The notes: generated by a model not told the origin, from the letters alone. A DNA stretch of 64,000 bases from Candidatus Bathyarchaeota archaeon (GCA_963777155.1 CAVZPM010000032.1:1-64000); one strand, 5' to 3'. Shown: positions 49,771 through 61,765, counted from the stretch's first letter. Numbers and translations: made by a program.

Positions 49771-50859
49771 TTAAGAGGCAGTTTCTCTATAAATTGCAAA
49801 CCTAAGCAATGCAACTATGCCGCCTAAAGAAAGAAGTTTTGCTCCTGCCTCATGCTCAGTGCTTACAACCGTTATAGCTGCATTGCGCTTTTCAACCTGA
49901 TGCATCAGATCCTCTATCTTAAGTCGCATCTGCTCATCTGCATCCCGCAGCTTCGTATCAGCTACCACCAGCTTCTCAACAGCACCCATCATCACCGCGT
50001 TTTCCACCGCATCCAAACCATAAGTAACCGTGCCTTCACCCTTGCCCAAACGCTTCATTACTTCTTCCATAGTGTCAGTTTCGTCAAAAACCCGAAGCTG
50101 ATGCGCCGCCTTCAGCAAAACACCCGAACGCAATGCTTCATCAATTCCGGCTGTGCCACCGTTGTTAACGCTTTTAACATCCACAACCGCTTTAGACATT
50201 TCCTTTGATTCTTCATTTAGGTATTTCACGAAATCAGTCTTAACGTATCCAGCACCAATTATAACGATGGGATTATGGTTTTGGCTCCACAGTTTGTTTA
50301 AGCTGGTTAATGCGAGTTTGAAGTAGCCTTTTGTGGCTTCTACCCTTTTATCAGCGTCTTGTTTGCCGGGTAGCCGCATGCGTTGGTCAACGCGGGTTTC
50401 TACGCCGTATTGTTTGGTTTCTGCTATGGCAAAGCCTTCGTCGTCGATAGAAATTATGAGAATGGGTTTTTCGGTTTCGCTTGCCCTTGTAAGCCTATCA
50501 AGAAGGTGTTTTGGCCATTCCTTCTTTACAATCGTCATGGGTTGGTTGAGTGCGATGCTAAGGGTATGGTGAGCACCCGTTGGAATTATGTCTGGAGCAT
50601 GACAAATGATCCCGTGAACCCGTAGTTTTCCAAGAAACTTGTCCCAGCCAACAGATTCAACCTTGACACCCATAAATGCGGAAACTCTTTCAGCGCTTTT
50701 GGGACGGCTGGTTTCTGTGTCGCTTTTTATGGCGCGGCTGCTGTAAGCGTAAGCCTCATCACCTTTGTATATGACGTTGTAGAGATGCCAAAGGTCATCT
50801 GGCGAGTCAGGCACCACTTTAACAAAGCCCTGGGCAAGATTCTTTTCAATAATTTTCAA
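49771..50859 (-). CDS. pelA: mRNA surveillance protein pelota
   Basis: P...DDLWHL, LRVHG.I, GAHHTL, E.G.KL..LGGIVALLRF. Confidence 0.96.
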   Translation of the reverse strand: MKIIEKNLAQGFVKVVPDSPDDLWHLYNVIYKGDEAYAYSSRAIKSDTETSRPKSAERVSAFMGVKVESVGWDKFLGKLRVHGIICHAPDIIPTGAHHTLSIALNQPMTIVKKEWPKHLLDRLTRASETEKPILIISIDDEGFAIAETKQYGVETRVDQRMRLPGKQDADKRVEATKGYFKLALTSLNKLWSQNHNPIVIIGAGYVKTDFVKYLNEESKEMSKAVVDVKSVNNGGTAGIDEALRSGVLLKAAHQLRVFDETDTMEEVMKRLGKGEGTVTYGLDAVENAVMMGAVEKLVVADTKLRDADEQMRLKIEDLMHQVEKRNAAITVVSTEHEAGAKLLSLGGIVALLRFAIYRETAS

Positions 50860-51201
50860 TCGGTTGCATCTCAGTTAGCAGAGTTGAACAGTAACGAAGG
50901 TAAAATATACTGCGGATAAACAATTGATTTTTTTCGTTTCCTATTTCTTTTGCTTAAAATACTCCACTTGTCTAAGCCTTTTCTCTGCTTCCTCATGGGT
51001 CTTGTAGGGATTGTTTTATTTGACTGATTTGGGTAAAGAGATAGCCAAACAAATAAGGGAAGACGCCTATGCTGAAGATTTGTCTGAAAGCCCGCCAGTT
51101 GCACCACCAGAACCTGAATAGACTTTAGAGTGTAAAAAAAAGTTTATTAAAAAAATAAAAAAAGTTGTTTTGGGAAGAAAACTTCCCGAATTTTTCGCTG
51201 T

Positions 51202-53447
51202 TTAGTGGATCAGTTGCAGCAGGTTGTAAAACAGTGGGATGAAGACGATTGACAGTGTGCTGAGCAGTTTGATGAGCACGTGTAAGCTTGGTCCTGCTGT
51301 GTCTTTTAGTGGGTCTCCGACTGTGTCGCCGACTACTGCTGCTGCATGTGCTGGACTTCCTTTGCCACCGAAGTGGCCTGATTCAATGAATTTCTTTGCG
51401 TTATCCCATGCTCCTCCGCCAGTGTTCATGAATAGTGCAAGTGGAACTGCTGAGAGTGTCGCACCGATTACGAGTGCACCAACTGCTTCTGGTCCAAGTA
51501 AAACACCGATAATGATTGGGACGACCACGATGATTAAGCCTGGAAGTACCATGCCTTTGAGTGCGGATTTTGTGCTGATGTCTACTGCTTTGCCGTATTC
51601 GGGTTTGCCTGTTCCTTCCATGATGCCGGGGATTTCTCTGAATTGGCGTCTGACTTCTGCGACCATTTCTGCTGCTGCTTTGCCTACTGCGCTGATGGCT
51701 TGTGAGCTGAAGAAGAATGGCAGCATTGCTCCGATGAAGCCTGCGATGAGTACCGCTGGGTTAGAGATGTCCACGATAAAGGGTGTATGAATACCTGTCT
51801 TCGCAAAGTTCGCTGCAGATACCTCTGAAGCGTAGGTTTGGAAGAGCAGTTGTGCCGCAAGTAATGCTGAACCCAATGCGAAGCCTTTTGTTAGAGCTTT
51901 GGTTGTGTTTCCAACTGCGTCGAGAGCTTCCATGGTTTCTTCTGCGCCGCCTTCACCTGACATTTCTGCGATTCCTGCCGCGTTGTCAGCAATTGGTCCA
52001 AAGCCATCTAAAGCTAAAACCATACCCATGACAGCAAGCATACCCATAGTTGCAAGGGTTGTTCCGTAGATACCACCTATGAACGGGTCTATAATTTGGG
52101 TTGGATGCGTTAGGTTCCATGAGGAGGCAAATTGTGTTCCAAAGAAGTACGATACGATAAGGGCAACAACCAATGAGACTATCGGAAGCATTGTGGTTTC
52201 AAGTCCAACTGCGAAGCCTGTGATTATGTTTGTTGCTGCACCTGTTTCGCTGGCTTTAGCGATTCTGCCGACTGGACCTCGTTCACTGCCTGTGTAATAG
52301 TCTGTGATGTAGTCGATTGCTACGCTTGCTGCTAAACCTGAAAGTAACGCAAAGTACAGGTACAGGAAAGTCATGGAAAATGAGCCTTCACCTAACAGGA
52401 AAATTGTTGCAAACAAGAACAGTATGCCTGAAACGATCGTAGTTACCATGAGTCCTTTTCGAAGTGCTTTCATAGGGTGTTTTGCTTCAGCTTCGGTTAG
52501 TTTGACAAAGGGCATGCCTATCAAAGTTGCAAAAATTCCTAAAGCGCGTGCGATCAGTGGGAAAATCAGGAAAATAAGGTTGCCTGTGGCGATGCTGATT
52601 AAGCCACCGATAATCATGCCACCGATGTTTTCCCCAGTAGCTGATTCAAATAAGTCTGCACCTCTTCCTGCGGAGTCACCAACGTTGTCCCCGACGTTAT
52701 CAGCTATGACTGCGGGTTGCGTGGATCATCTTCAGGGATGCCTGCTTCAACTTTTCCTACAAGGTCTGCGCCGACATCTGCAGCTTTAGTGTAAATTCCA
52801 CCGCCAAGCTGAGCAAACAATGCAATTAATGAGGCACCAAAACCCATACCGACGATTCCACTTGCCGCTGTTCTTCCAAGATTGGCAGCTTCGGAGACAT
52901 CCATTGTATTGAACATAGCAGTGAAGCCACCGTAGAGCAAGAAGAGAAAACTTACACCTAAAAGGGATAAACCGACGACTGCCATGCCCATGGTGGCGCC
53001 GCCGTAAAACGCGGTTTTTAATGCTTTTTCTGCGCCAAAGTCTTTTGCCGCCGCTACCGTGCGCACGTTGGCTTTGGTTGCGTTATCCATAGCTATATAA
53101 CCTGCAGCTAAGGAAGCAACTGCACCCACCAAGAAGGCGGCTGCAGTGCCTATCCCATAGGGTGTACCTTTAAGGGGTAAGGCAACCCACAGTAGAACGA
53201 AAATAACTACTGTAATTATACCGATTGTTTTGTATTGTCTCTTTAGGAAAGCGTACGCGCCTTCCCTGATTGCATTGCCGACTTCAACGGTTTTTGGTCC
53301 ACCTGGACTCATTTTGCCGATGCGGTACATGAGTAGAAGCGAAGCAACGACTGCGATTATGCCTGCGATGGGTGCAATCCAAAAGACAACTGGGCTATTA
53401 GTTGATAATGATGCTAATGCTTGTAAGGGAATGAACATATTTGACAC
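51202..53447 (-). CDS. hppA: membrane H+-translocating pyrophosphatase, K+-independent type (frameshift near 52705)
   Basis: GGGIYTKAADVGADLVGKVE, EDDPRNP, DNVGDNVGD, GNTTKA, GDTVGDPLKD. Confidence 0.95.
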
Positions 53448-53612
53448 GGATGCCCATAGTCCTTATATATTTTTCTAAAAAATTTAAGGTAAAATAAATG
53501 CCAAATACAGATTTTGAGTCAACAAAAGAATTTTGTTGCGTTGTACTTTGGTTGCATTTTTAAGCAAGCCACACCTATTTCAAATAAGTCTTAACATCAA
53601 AGGGATAAAGCG

Positions 53613-54740
53613 ATGCCTAACAGGTTAATAGTGGTTAAAGTCGGCACAAACGGCATAACAACACCCGACGGAAAACTTGATCAACAAGAAATGCAGAACC
53701 TCGCAAGTCAAATTGCAGCTGCAACCAAGCAAGGCGACAAAGTGGTTCTAGTGACTTCGGGCGCCGTTGCAGCAGGGATTGCTGAACTTGAAATTCCCCC
53801 CAAACCCAAAGACGTGACTTTTCAACAGGCAGCCGCGGCAACTGGGCAAAGCGTTCTTATGGCAATGTACCGGGAACTATTTAGAAAATACGGCTTAAAA
53901 GTTGCTCAGATCTTGCTGACTGCAGAGGATCTCTCCAATAGAGCATCGTACGTGCACACCTGCGACGTCTTAGGTTTACTTTTGAAGATAGGGGTGGTTC
54001 CAATCATAAATGAAAACGACGTAGTTTCCGTTGACGAACTGATGCGGACCGAAGGCTACAAAGTTAACTTTAGCGATAACGATATCCTCTCTGTGCTCGT
54101 CGCAGGAGCCTTATGTGCTGATTTAGTGATAATCCTCTCGGATGTTGAGGGAGTGTACACAGCTGAGCCTTCGCAGCCTGGCGCGGCTCTTATCAAAACG
54201 GTTGATGCAATCACCGGTGATTTCAAGACTACTCTAAACGGAAAAAGTAAACTTGGAAGGGGTGGAATCCAAAGCAAAATCAAAGCTGCCGAAATCGCTA
54301 CATCTTGTGGTATTCCTGTCGTAATAGCTAATAGCCGAAGAGAAAACGTCATTATCGACATCCTATCCGGCAAAGACGTTGGCACATACTTTAAGCCCCA
54401 GACTCGTATGCCCGCGGTAAAGCGGTGGATTGCTTATGGCGCAGCAGTAAAAGGCACAATTCATGTTAATGAAGGCGCAAAAAAAGCTATTTTGGAAGGC
54501 TCCAGCCTATTGCCAGTTGGCGTAACCAAGGTTATCGGTATCTTCAACGAAGGAGACGTCGTTAGCCTAGAAGACGAAAAACAAGTGGAATTCGCCCGAG
54601 GCAACCCTAACTTCAACAGCAGCCAGTTAAACCTAATTAAAGGCTTACAAGTAACAGAGGTACACAATAAACTTGGCTCAGACAAACCCAAAGAGGTTAT
54701 CGAGCACCGAAACATACACCTCATTGAGGAAATAAAATGA
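53613..54740 (+). CDS. proB: glutamate 5-kinase with PUA domain
   Basis: VVKVGT, VTSGAV, PIINEND, DND.LS, GRGG..SK, C-terminal PUA. Confidence 0.97.
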   Translation: MPNRLIVVKVGTNGITTPDGKLDQQEMQNLASQIAAATKQGDKVVLVTSGAVAAGIAELEIPPKPKDVTFQQAAAATGQSVLMAMYRELFRKYGLKVAQILLTAEDLSNRASYVHTCDVLGLLLKIGVVPIINENDVVSVDELMRTEGYKVNFSDNDILSVLVAGALCADLVIILSDVEGVYTAEPSQPGAALIKTVDAITGDFKTTLNGKSKLGRGGIQSKIKAAEIATSCGIPVVIANSRRENVIIDILSGKDVGTYFKPQTRMPAVKRWIAYGAAVKGTIHVNEGAKKAILEGSSLLPVGVTKVIGIFNEGDVVSLEDEKQVEFARGNPNFNSSQLNLIKGLQVTEVHNKLGSDKPKEVIEHRNIHLIEEIK

Positions 54741-55978
54741 TACAGGAAATTTGTAAGAAAGCCAAAGTTGCCGCATTTGAAATGGGCAAGCTGACTACAG
54801 ATGCTAAAAACACAGCGCTACAAAAGATGGCAAGTGCTCTAGAAGCAAACACAGAGAAGATTTTAGCTGCCAATGCGGTAGATGTTCAAGTTGCCAAATC
54901 CAAAGGTGTCAAAGCCGCATTGCTTGATCGGCTAGCGTTGGACCAAAAGAAAATTCAAACTATGGCAAAGGAGCTCAGGGAAGTCTCTGCTCTGCCCGAC
55001 CCCATAGGCTCTATTATAAGTACATGGACACGCCCTAACGGATTGATAATCAGCCAAGTCCGAGTTCCCATGGGTGTAGTTGGAGTAATTTATGAATCTC
55101 GCCCTAATGTCACAGTCGATTCGGCAGGCATCTGTATAAAATCAGGAAATGCCGTGATTCTTCGTGGAGGCTCAGATGCATTAAACTCTAACTTAGTTAT
55201 CGGTGAAGTGCTCCGAGAAGCACTATTATCTACAAACGTACCCGTGGACGCGATTCAAGTCATTCCTTCACCTGACCGCAAGGTCGCTGAGGAACTTATG
55301 GGTATGCGAGAATACATTGATGTTCTTGTTCCCCGTGGAGGCGCTGATTTAATCAAAACAGTTGTTGAGAAGTCGCGGATTCCTGTTATCGAAACTGGCA
55401 CGGGCAACTGCCACGTGTACGTTGAAGAAGATGCTGACCTGCAAAAGGCAACTCCCATCGTAATTAATTCTAAGTGCCAGCGACCGGGAACATGCAACGC
55501 CGCGGAGAAACTGCTGGTTCACAGCAAAATTGCTAAACAATACTTGCCAGTGGTAGTTGCAGAGTTGCGCAAGAATGGCGTTGAAGTCCGCGGCGACGAA
55601 GAAACCCGAAAAATCGTCCCCGACGTTAAAGCGGCAACTGAACAGGATTGGGGCACCGAATACCTTGACTTAATAATGGGCGTTAAAGTTGTAAAGGGAT
55701 TAGATGAGGCCATTGTTCACATCAACAATTACGGCACCCACCACTCTGACAGCATCCTGACTGCAGACTTTGGTAAAGCCATGCAATTCATAAAAGAAGT
55801 CGATTCCGCCGCAGTTTACTGGAATGCATCCACACGCTTCACCGACGGCAACCAATTTGGGCTTGGCGCAGAAATCGGCATTAGCACCCAAAAACTTCAT
55901 GTGAGAGGCCCCATGAGTGTCCAGCACCTTACCTCAACCAAATACGTCATTCTGGGTAATGGGCAAACCCGAAAATAG
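54737..55978 (+). CDS. proA: gamma-glutamyl phosphate reductase
   Basis: IYESRPNVT, GNCH.YV, CNAAE, NASTRFTDG..FGLGAEIGISTQKLH.RGP. Confidence 0.98.
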   Translation: MIQEICKKAKVAAFEMGKLTTDAKNTALQKMASALEANTEKILAANAVDVQVAKSKGVKAALLDRLALDQKKIQTMAKELREVSALPDPIGSIISTWTRPNGLIISQVRVPMGVVGVIYESRPNVTVDSAGICIKSGNAVILRGGSDALNSNLVIGEVLREALLSTNVPVDAIQVIPSPDRKVAEELMGMREYIDVLVPRGGADLIKTVVEKSRIPVIETGTGNCHVYVEEDADLQKATPIVINSKCQRPGTCNAAEKLLVHSKIAKQYLPVVVAELRKNGVEVRGDEETRKIVPDVKAATEQDWGTEYLDLIMGVKVVKGLDEAIVHINNYGTHHSDSILTADFGKAMQFIKEVDSAAVYWNASTRFTDGNQFGLGAEIGISTQKLHVRGPMSVQHLTSTKYVILGNGQTRK

Positions 55979-56416
55979 CAGAGCAGGTCAATTTACCCAT
56001 TTTTTAGACCTTGGTTAACTTAAATCAACACTAACTAAGACTCGTTGAATAACCTCTTGCCAATCAACAACAAACAACATGGAAAAAAAGGTTTTACTGA
56101 TACAACAACCAACGCACCCCAAACCAGAAACATACTTCAAAAACAACCAGAAAAATGCCCCCACACACATAAAACAAAACCAATAACAACCAAAAAATAA
56201 ACTTAAAAAAAAGGTCATCAACCCGGGATATAATTGGACAACAAAAGTAATTTTTAACAGCGAGAAGAAGAAAATGCTGTTTTGCAAGTTTTTCTTCTTT
56301 CAAAACAAGGACAAAGGAAACTAAATATTTTGTCGTATTGGATAATAAACTGAAAAAACAAAAATAAGTTGGGCAAATAGAGGCCCAATTCTTAGTTTGT
56401 TCAGAGTAGATTAGTT

Positions 56417-57934
56417 TTAGAGAGAGGGAATTAGTGCAGATAGTTGGTGTGCGGCTGGCTGAATTAGTTGTAACACTATGTCGGGGAATAATCCTAAGAT
56501 GAAGAGCGCAGCGACTAGGATGAAGACGGGGATTAGGATACGTTTGTCTTCTTTGATGGCGATTTCGTCTTTGGGTTTCTTCGAGTACATAACGTTCATG
56601 AGGCGGAAGATATATGCGGTTTGTAGTACGCTTGTTAAGACTCCGATGACAGCTAGCCATGCCAAGTTTGCTTGCAGTGCTGCGGTGAAGACAAGGTATT
56701 TGCCTATGAATCCGCCGAGCGGTGGTACACCAGCAAAAGACAAGCCTGCGATTACTAAGGCTAAGCAGACTAGTGGCGCTTTCTTGCCAAACCCAGCGAA
56801 GTCGCTAAGCGTTTTTATGCCATAGTTGTTGATGATGCCTATTGCCATGAATGCCAGAGCAGTGGTTAAGCCGCCGATTAAGAAGAAGTAGAGGTTACCT
56901 TCCAACCCAAGCGACTTTATGCTGGTGATTGCAACCAAGTTGTATCCAACATCAGCGACACAGATGTATGCGATGAGGCGTTTTACGTCGTTTTGGATGA
57001 GGGCAAATATGTTCCCGACTATCATGGTTAAGCCTGCTAGGATGGCTAACATGAGTGTCCAGTCTAACACTTGGTTTGGACCAGTTGGAATTATGATGTA
57101 GAGCAAAATTCTAATGACGATGTAGTAGCTGCCTTGGTCAACGAGAGCTGAGAGAAAAGCTGCAGATGGCGCTGGCGCAGCTGTGTATGCATCTGGCAAC
57201 CAGAAGTGGAAGGGTACTATTGCTGCTTCAATCGCGTAGCCCGCGGCTATGAAGATGAAGGCTATGATGAGTAGGTTTTGGTCTGCTGCAACGGTCCCAG
57301 TTAGAGCTTCTCGGACAGCTGTGTAGTTTAGGCTGCCTGTTAGACCGTAAATAATTGACATTCCAAATAATACGAATGCTGAAGCGATTATGACCATTAC
57401 GAGGAACTTTAGGGTGGCGTTGAGGCTGAATGCGTTTTTGCGGTACATCATAAGAAAGGCTGCGGCTGCTGTTGCGGCTTCCCAGAAGATGAAGAAAGTT
57501 AAGAGGTCGCCTGATAGAACTGCTCCCAATAATGCTGCGGTGAGTATGAGCATTATGGCGAAGTATCGGTCTGATGGGCGCTCGTTTGAATCAATGAAGA
57601 ACACGCTGTATACTATGACTACTGCGCTTACGGCCACGATGATTATTGCCATGTAGATCGATATTGCATCAATCAGGAAGGAGCTTGTGACCGCCGTTGA
57701 GGTGCTGCCGTCCAACGCCAAGTTTAATGGCAGTGGGTTGACTGTGCTGTAATAAGATAATGCAAGGTTGGCTACGGTTATGCCTGCGACGAGTAGGACC
57801 GCTAAGAACCATGCCAAAGTAAGGGCAGTTTTGTGGCTGTTTTGTTTTCTAATTATCTTGAAGATGGGGATGGTAAGTAATGCTGCGATTACCAGAGTGA
57901 ATATGGGTAATATTACGTCCATGATTTGTACCAT
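56417..57934 (-). CDS. nuoN: antiporter-like membrane subunit, NuoN/MrpD-like
   Basis: About 14 TM, PFHFWLPDAY..AP, KRLIAY, G.PP..GF.GK. Confidence 0.8.
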   Translation of the reverse strand: MVQIMDVILPIFTLVIAALLTIPIFKIIRKQNSHKTALTLAWFLAVLLVAGITVANLALSYYSTVNPLPLNLALDGSTSTAVTSSFLIDAISIYMAIIIVAVSAVVIVYSVFFIDSNERPSDRYFAIMLILTAALLGAVLSGDLLTFFIFWEAATAAAAFLMMYRKNAFSLNATLKFLVMVIIASAFVLFGMSIIYGLTGSLNYTAVREALTGTVAADQNLLIIAFIFIAAGYAIEAAIVPFHFWLPDAYTAAPAPSAAFLSALVDQGSYYIVIRILLYIIIPTGPNQVLDWTLMLAILAGLTMIVGNIFALIQNDVKRLIAYICVADVGYNLVAITSIKSLGLEGNLYFFLIGGLTTALAFMAIGIINNYGIKTLSDFAGFGKKAPLVCLALVIAGLSFAGVPPLGGFIGKYLVFTAALQANLAWLAVIGVLTSVLQTAYIFRLMNVMYSKKPKDEIAIKEDKRILIPVFILVAALFILGLFPDIVLQLIQPAAHQLSALIPSL

Positions 57935-57937
57935 CGT

Positions 57938-59524
57938 TTAAGCGCCTCCAAAGGTCACGGTCTGTATTAGATTCAAAAAGAACGTCGGGTAGATTCCAAT
58001 GAGGACAACCAAAACAACCAAGATTCCCAAGGATAGTTTCATGTAGACTGGTATGTCGAGGATTTTGTGGGCTTCTTCTTTTATGTGTTCAGAGACTTCT
58101 TTGTGAGCTTCTTCTGCGCCTGGTTCATCTTTGGATGTTCCAAGGAACACTTTTGAAACAAACCTTAACGAATAAGCCAGCGAGAAAACTGTTGCCACCA
58201 GCATAAGCGCTGTTGGCAGGATGTAGAAGTTATCGATTTGTATTATTTGAAATGCACCGATGAAAATCAGGAATTCACTAATGAAGCATGCGAGCGGTGG
58301 TGCTCCAGCGATGCTTAAAGCTGCTATGGTTCCTGAAACTGTCGTGAAGGGCATCTTGCTTGCTAAGCCGCCCATCTTGCGTATATCTCGCTCTTCGGTT
58401 TGATGCATAACTCCTCCTGCGGTAAGGAAGAAGAGACCTTTGCTTGCTGCATGGGTTATGATATGCAGTATTGTTCCGACTATGGCGATGGCTGAAGCCG
58501 AGGCAAGAAACACTGGGTTGCCGCTGGCTAAAGCTACTGGAAATAGTGAGAGCCCAAACATAATGTATCCCATATGGGCGATACTTGAGTACGCTATCAG
58601 CCGTTTTATGTCGGTTGCAACTAATGCGAGGAATGAGCCGAAAAACGCTGTGATAACTCCCACGATAGACAATGCATAGAGGAAGTTCGTTCCGAAAGCC
58701 GCTCCGACCGCTGGAAAAACAATTCCGAAGGATAAACGCAGAATTGCGTAAGCTCCTGCGCTGATGATAACTCCGCTCAGTAGGGCCGACATTGGTGCGG
58801 GTGCTTCTGAGTGAGCGTCAGGTAACCACATATGGACTGGAAAAACCGCCATTTTGACTGCGAATCCCGCCGTTAGAGCTATGAGAACCCATTTGATGAT
58901 ATCGGGGGCTGCCGTCATAAGTTGTGCTTGCGCAGCAAACATGTCTGTTGTTCCAGTTAAGTAATAGATTGCTCCGATACCCAAGAGAACAAAGACGGCG
59001 CCTGCATGAGTGAATATGAAGAGTTTAAACGCAGATTTGTACGAGTTCCGGTATCCCCATTCTCCGACTATGAAGTATGCGGGGACAAGCATGAGTTCCC
59101 AGCAGAAGTAGAATAGAAGCAAGTTGGAAGTTAGGAAGACTCCGACCAAGCCCACTGAGAGCATGCATAACAGGGCATAGTATACTGGCAGGTTCTTTTT
59201 TCCAGCCATGTAGTTAACTGAGTACACTGCTGCCACAAAGATAAGCACCAAACTGATTAGGGCAACTGAAGCGCTCATACCATCTAGAAACAGCGAAAAT
59301 TGTGTGTTGCTTAACGTGGATATCCAATTATAGGGTTCTTTGTAAACGTGTTCGGCACTGTTGAGGATTGTAGGCACAGTTGAAAGAACTAAGCCTATGT
59401 TGATTAACGCGATTAAGGCAACAAACATTGCTGCTGCCCTGGGTGATTTCTTCCCTGCAAAGTAAACGAGTGGGATGCTTATGGTGGGTATTGCAAATAC
59501 TGCTAGAAGAATTGGTAGAGTCAT
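57938..59524 (-). CDS. nuoM: antiporter-like membrane subunit, NuoM-like
   Basis: FY..WE..LVP.Y, VK...P.H.WLPDAH.EAP, AYSSIAHMG. Confidence 0.88.
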   Translation of the reverse strand: MTLPILLAVFAIPTISIPLVYFAGKKSPRAAAMFVALIALINIGLVLSTVPTILNSAEHVYKEPYNWISTLSNTQFSLFLDGMSASVALISLVLIFVAAVYSVNYMAGKKNLPVYYALLCMLSVGLVGVFLTSNLLLFYFCWELMLVPAYFIVGEWGYRNSYKSAFKLFIFTHAGAVFVLLGIGAIYYLTGTTDMFAAQAQLMTAAPDIIKWVLIALTAGFAVKMAVFPVHMWLPDAHSEAPAPMSALLSGVIISAGAYAILRLSFGIVFPAVGAAFGTNFLYALSIVGVITAFFGSFLALVATDIKRLIAYSSIAHMGYIMFGLSLFPVALASGNPVFLASASAIAIVGTILHIITHAASKGLFFLTAGGVMHQTEERDIRKMGGLASKMPFTTVSGTIAALSIAGAPPLACFISEFLIFIGAFQIIQIDNFYILPTALMLVATVFSLAYSLRFVSKVFLGTSKDEPGAEEAHKEVSEHIKEEAHKILDIPVYMKLSLGILVVLVVLIGIYPTFFLNLIQTVTFGGA

Positions 59525-59528
59525 TTTT

Positions 59529-61451
59529 TTACACTCCTATACCTAGAGCTCCAGTTAATATCATTAGCACAGCGATCAGTATGAAACCGACCACTGCAGC
59601 CGCAACATAGTTTCTAAACGATGAAGACGGCCCTTTTTTGAGAGTTGTTGCGTGTCCTGGGTCTGCAGCGTTGCTTACTTTAGAACCTGCTGAGTCTGGA
59701 TAGCGCCCAAACAGAGCGTTTTCAACTCGTGTGAGACCGTCAGAGAAGCCAGTTAATCCTCTACCTATAAGATTGTAGGCGTCATCAAAGAAGTAAGCGT
59801 GATTGAGCAGTGTAGACAGGGGGTTTTTACCTGCAGCAACCTTACGGACACCCTGGAACCCTTTGTAGTAGGTGAAGTAAGCGATTAAACCCGTCGGGAT
59901 TAGTAGAGATAAGAAAATCGGTGTTTCGATGTTCATGAAAGCGCCAAGTAATCCTTCTACCAGATTTACATGCATAAAGCTAGCGACCAAGGGTTCAGAT
60001 AAACCCCAGATGATGCATAAGCCAGCGAGGATAGAAGCGGGGATGAGCATTACTTTAGGGGCTTCATGTACATGCTGCTTCTGTAAGTGTTCAGATGCTT
60101 TACCCATAAACACCAAGCTGAACATACGCACAACATATGCAAATGTTATCGCAGTGGTTGCGTAGAGCAAAATTATCTGTATAAGGTTACCTGCTTCTGT
60201 CACGCTTGTTATGATTAAGCCCTTACTGAAGAACGCGGCGAAAGGAGGCAATCCGCTAGTGGTAATTATCATGATAGCCATCAATGCAAAAGAGATAGGC
60301 ATCGCTTTTCGTAGACCACCCATCAGGCGCATGTCTCTTGTGCCGATAGCATGTATGATGCCTCCTGCAAGGAGGAATCCAAGACCTTCGAAGAATGCGT
60401 GGCTCACCATGTGGAATAGGCTTGCGAACCAGCCGACGGAAGCTGCGCCATCAATTGCTGCGCCTAAGCCAGCCATCATGAAGCCGATTTGGCTCACGGT
60501 TGAATATGCTAATACTCCTTTGATGTCAGTGGTTGTTAATGCGAGTGTGGCACCGACTATGGCGGTTAAGACGCCTATCCAGGCGATTACTGGAAACCAG
60601 AGGGGTTGCAACGCGGCAATCAATGCAGGTGCAACTGAGAAGATTAGGATGAATCTTGCGAGAAGGTAGACACCTGCTTTAACCATTGTGGCAGCGTGGA
60701 GCAATGCACTAACGGATGTGGGGGCTTCCATTGCGCTATATAGCCATGTGAATAGTGGAAGCTGGGCAGATTTTGCGATTGCGCCTCCCAAAACTAGGAA
60801 TGCAACGATAATCATGTAATCCATGTTGAAGCTACCTGCTTGAATGCCTGCTATTACACCGCGGAAGCTCAATGTACCAAACATCAAGAACAGTATTCCA
60901 ATGGCTGCAAGAAGTGCAATGTCCCCGATTCGGGTCATTATGAAAACTTTGACACCTGCACGGATTGATTCGGGTTTCTTGTACCAGAACGAAATCAAGG
61001 CGTAGGAGCATAAGCCTACCATTTCCCAGAATATGAACATCTGCAACATGTTGTCGGCAAGGACTAAGCCAATCATGGAACCGATGAATAGCAGGATTAG
61101 GTAGTAGTATCGAGATAAGCCATCTTCGCCTTTCATGTAGCCGATGGAGTAGACTGCAATGATTAATGCGAAGAAGCCAATCAAGCAGGTGAAGAGTACA
61201 CTAAGGGGGTCAATGTAAACGCCTGCACTGATGCCGGGAAGCCAGCTAACCGAGCCAGTGGTTAAGGCTTGTCCAGTTCCATTCCAGACGCTTGGAACCA
61301 TTGAGAGAGCCAGGACAGCTGTAATCGCTGCAATAGCGACGACAAAGTAGTTCCGAGCCTTTTCGCTGTATTTTCCGATTAAGGGGACAAATAAACTTGC
61401 AAAGAGGGGAATAACCCAAACAAACCATGCAGAGAATTCTTCAAGTATCAT
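59529..61451 (-). CDS. nuoL: antiporter-like membrane subunit, NuoL/MrpA-like
   Basis: WE.VGLCSY.LI, KSAQLP..WL..AMEAPT.VSALLHAATMV.AG. Confidence 0.9.
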   Translation of the reverse strand: MILEEFSAWFVWVIPLFASLFVPLIGKYSEKARNYFVVAIAAITAVLALSMVPSVWNGTGQALTTGSVSWLPGISAGVYIDPLSVLFTCLIGFFALIIAVYSIGYMKGEDGLSRYYYLILLFIGSMIGLVLADNMLQMFIFWEMVGLCSYALISFWYKKPESIRAGVKVFIMTRIGDIALLAAIGILFLMFGTLSFRGVIAGIQAGSFNMDYMIIVAFLVLGGAIAKSAQLPLFTWLYSAMEAPTSVSALLHAATMVKAGVYLLARFILIFSVAPALIAALQPLWFPVIAWIGVLTAIVGATLALTTTDIKGVLAYSTVSQIGFMMAGLGAAIDGAASVGWFASLFHMVSHAFFEGLGFLLAGGIIHAIGTRDMRLMGGLRKAMPISFALMAIMIITTSGLPPFAAFFSKGLIITSVTEAGNLIQIILLYATTAITFAYVVRMFSLVFMGKASEHLQKQHVHEAPKVMLIPASILAGLCIIWGLSEPLVASFMHVNLVEGLLGAFMNIETPIFLSLLIPTGLIAYFTYYKGFQGVRKVAAGKNPLSTLLNHAYFFDDAYNLIGRGLTGFSDGLTRVENALFGRYPDSAGSKVSNAADPGHATTLKKGPSSSFRNYVAAAVVGFILIAVLMILTGALGIGV

Positions 61452-61765
61452 TGAACTTCATCCTCACTTTCGCCTTTGTCTTGCAACATCTGTATTATTT
61501 TACCCATGTCGCTTGTCCCGTACTTCTTGGAGACGATGACAAGCAGTGCTAAGATTACGCCGCTAACTGCGGTGTCTGTTGAGAAAGCTAATATCAGGAA
61601 TGCCTGCCCTAACCCTTGGCTTGTCGCCAACATCACAAAATTTAATGTTGCAGCCGTTGCGATTAGCTCTACGGATATGAAGACTTTTAGGAGTTGACGG
61701 TTAGTTAGCAAGCCATAGATGCCGATTGCCAACATAACTAAGGATAATATGACAAAGTCCATCAT
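61448..61765 (-). CDS. nuoK: NuoK-like membrane subunit
   Basis: IG.YGLL..R......S.EL; 3 TM. Confidence 0.85.
   Translation of the reverse strand: MMDFVILSLVMLAIGIYGLLTNRQLLKVFISVELIATAATLNFVMLATSQGLGQAFLILAFSTDTAVSGVILALLVIVSKKYGTSDMGKIIQMLQDKGESEDEVQ

Noticed and set aside
50968-51121. Plus-strand fragment ...FYLTDLGKEIAKQIRE resembling a winged-helix tail
   Set aside because: Too short and needs an assumed frameshift; cannot support a gene call.
56015-56400. A/C-rich low-complexity tract and its ORFs
   Set aside because: No repeat unit or coding signal; probably a convergent terminator region or poor-quality consensus.
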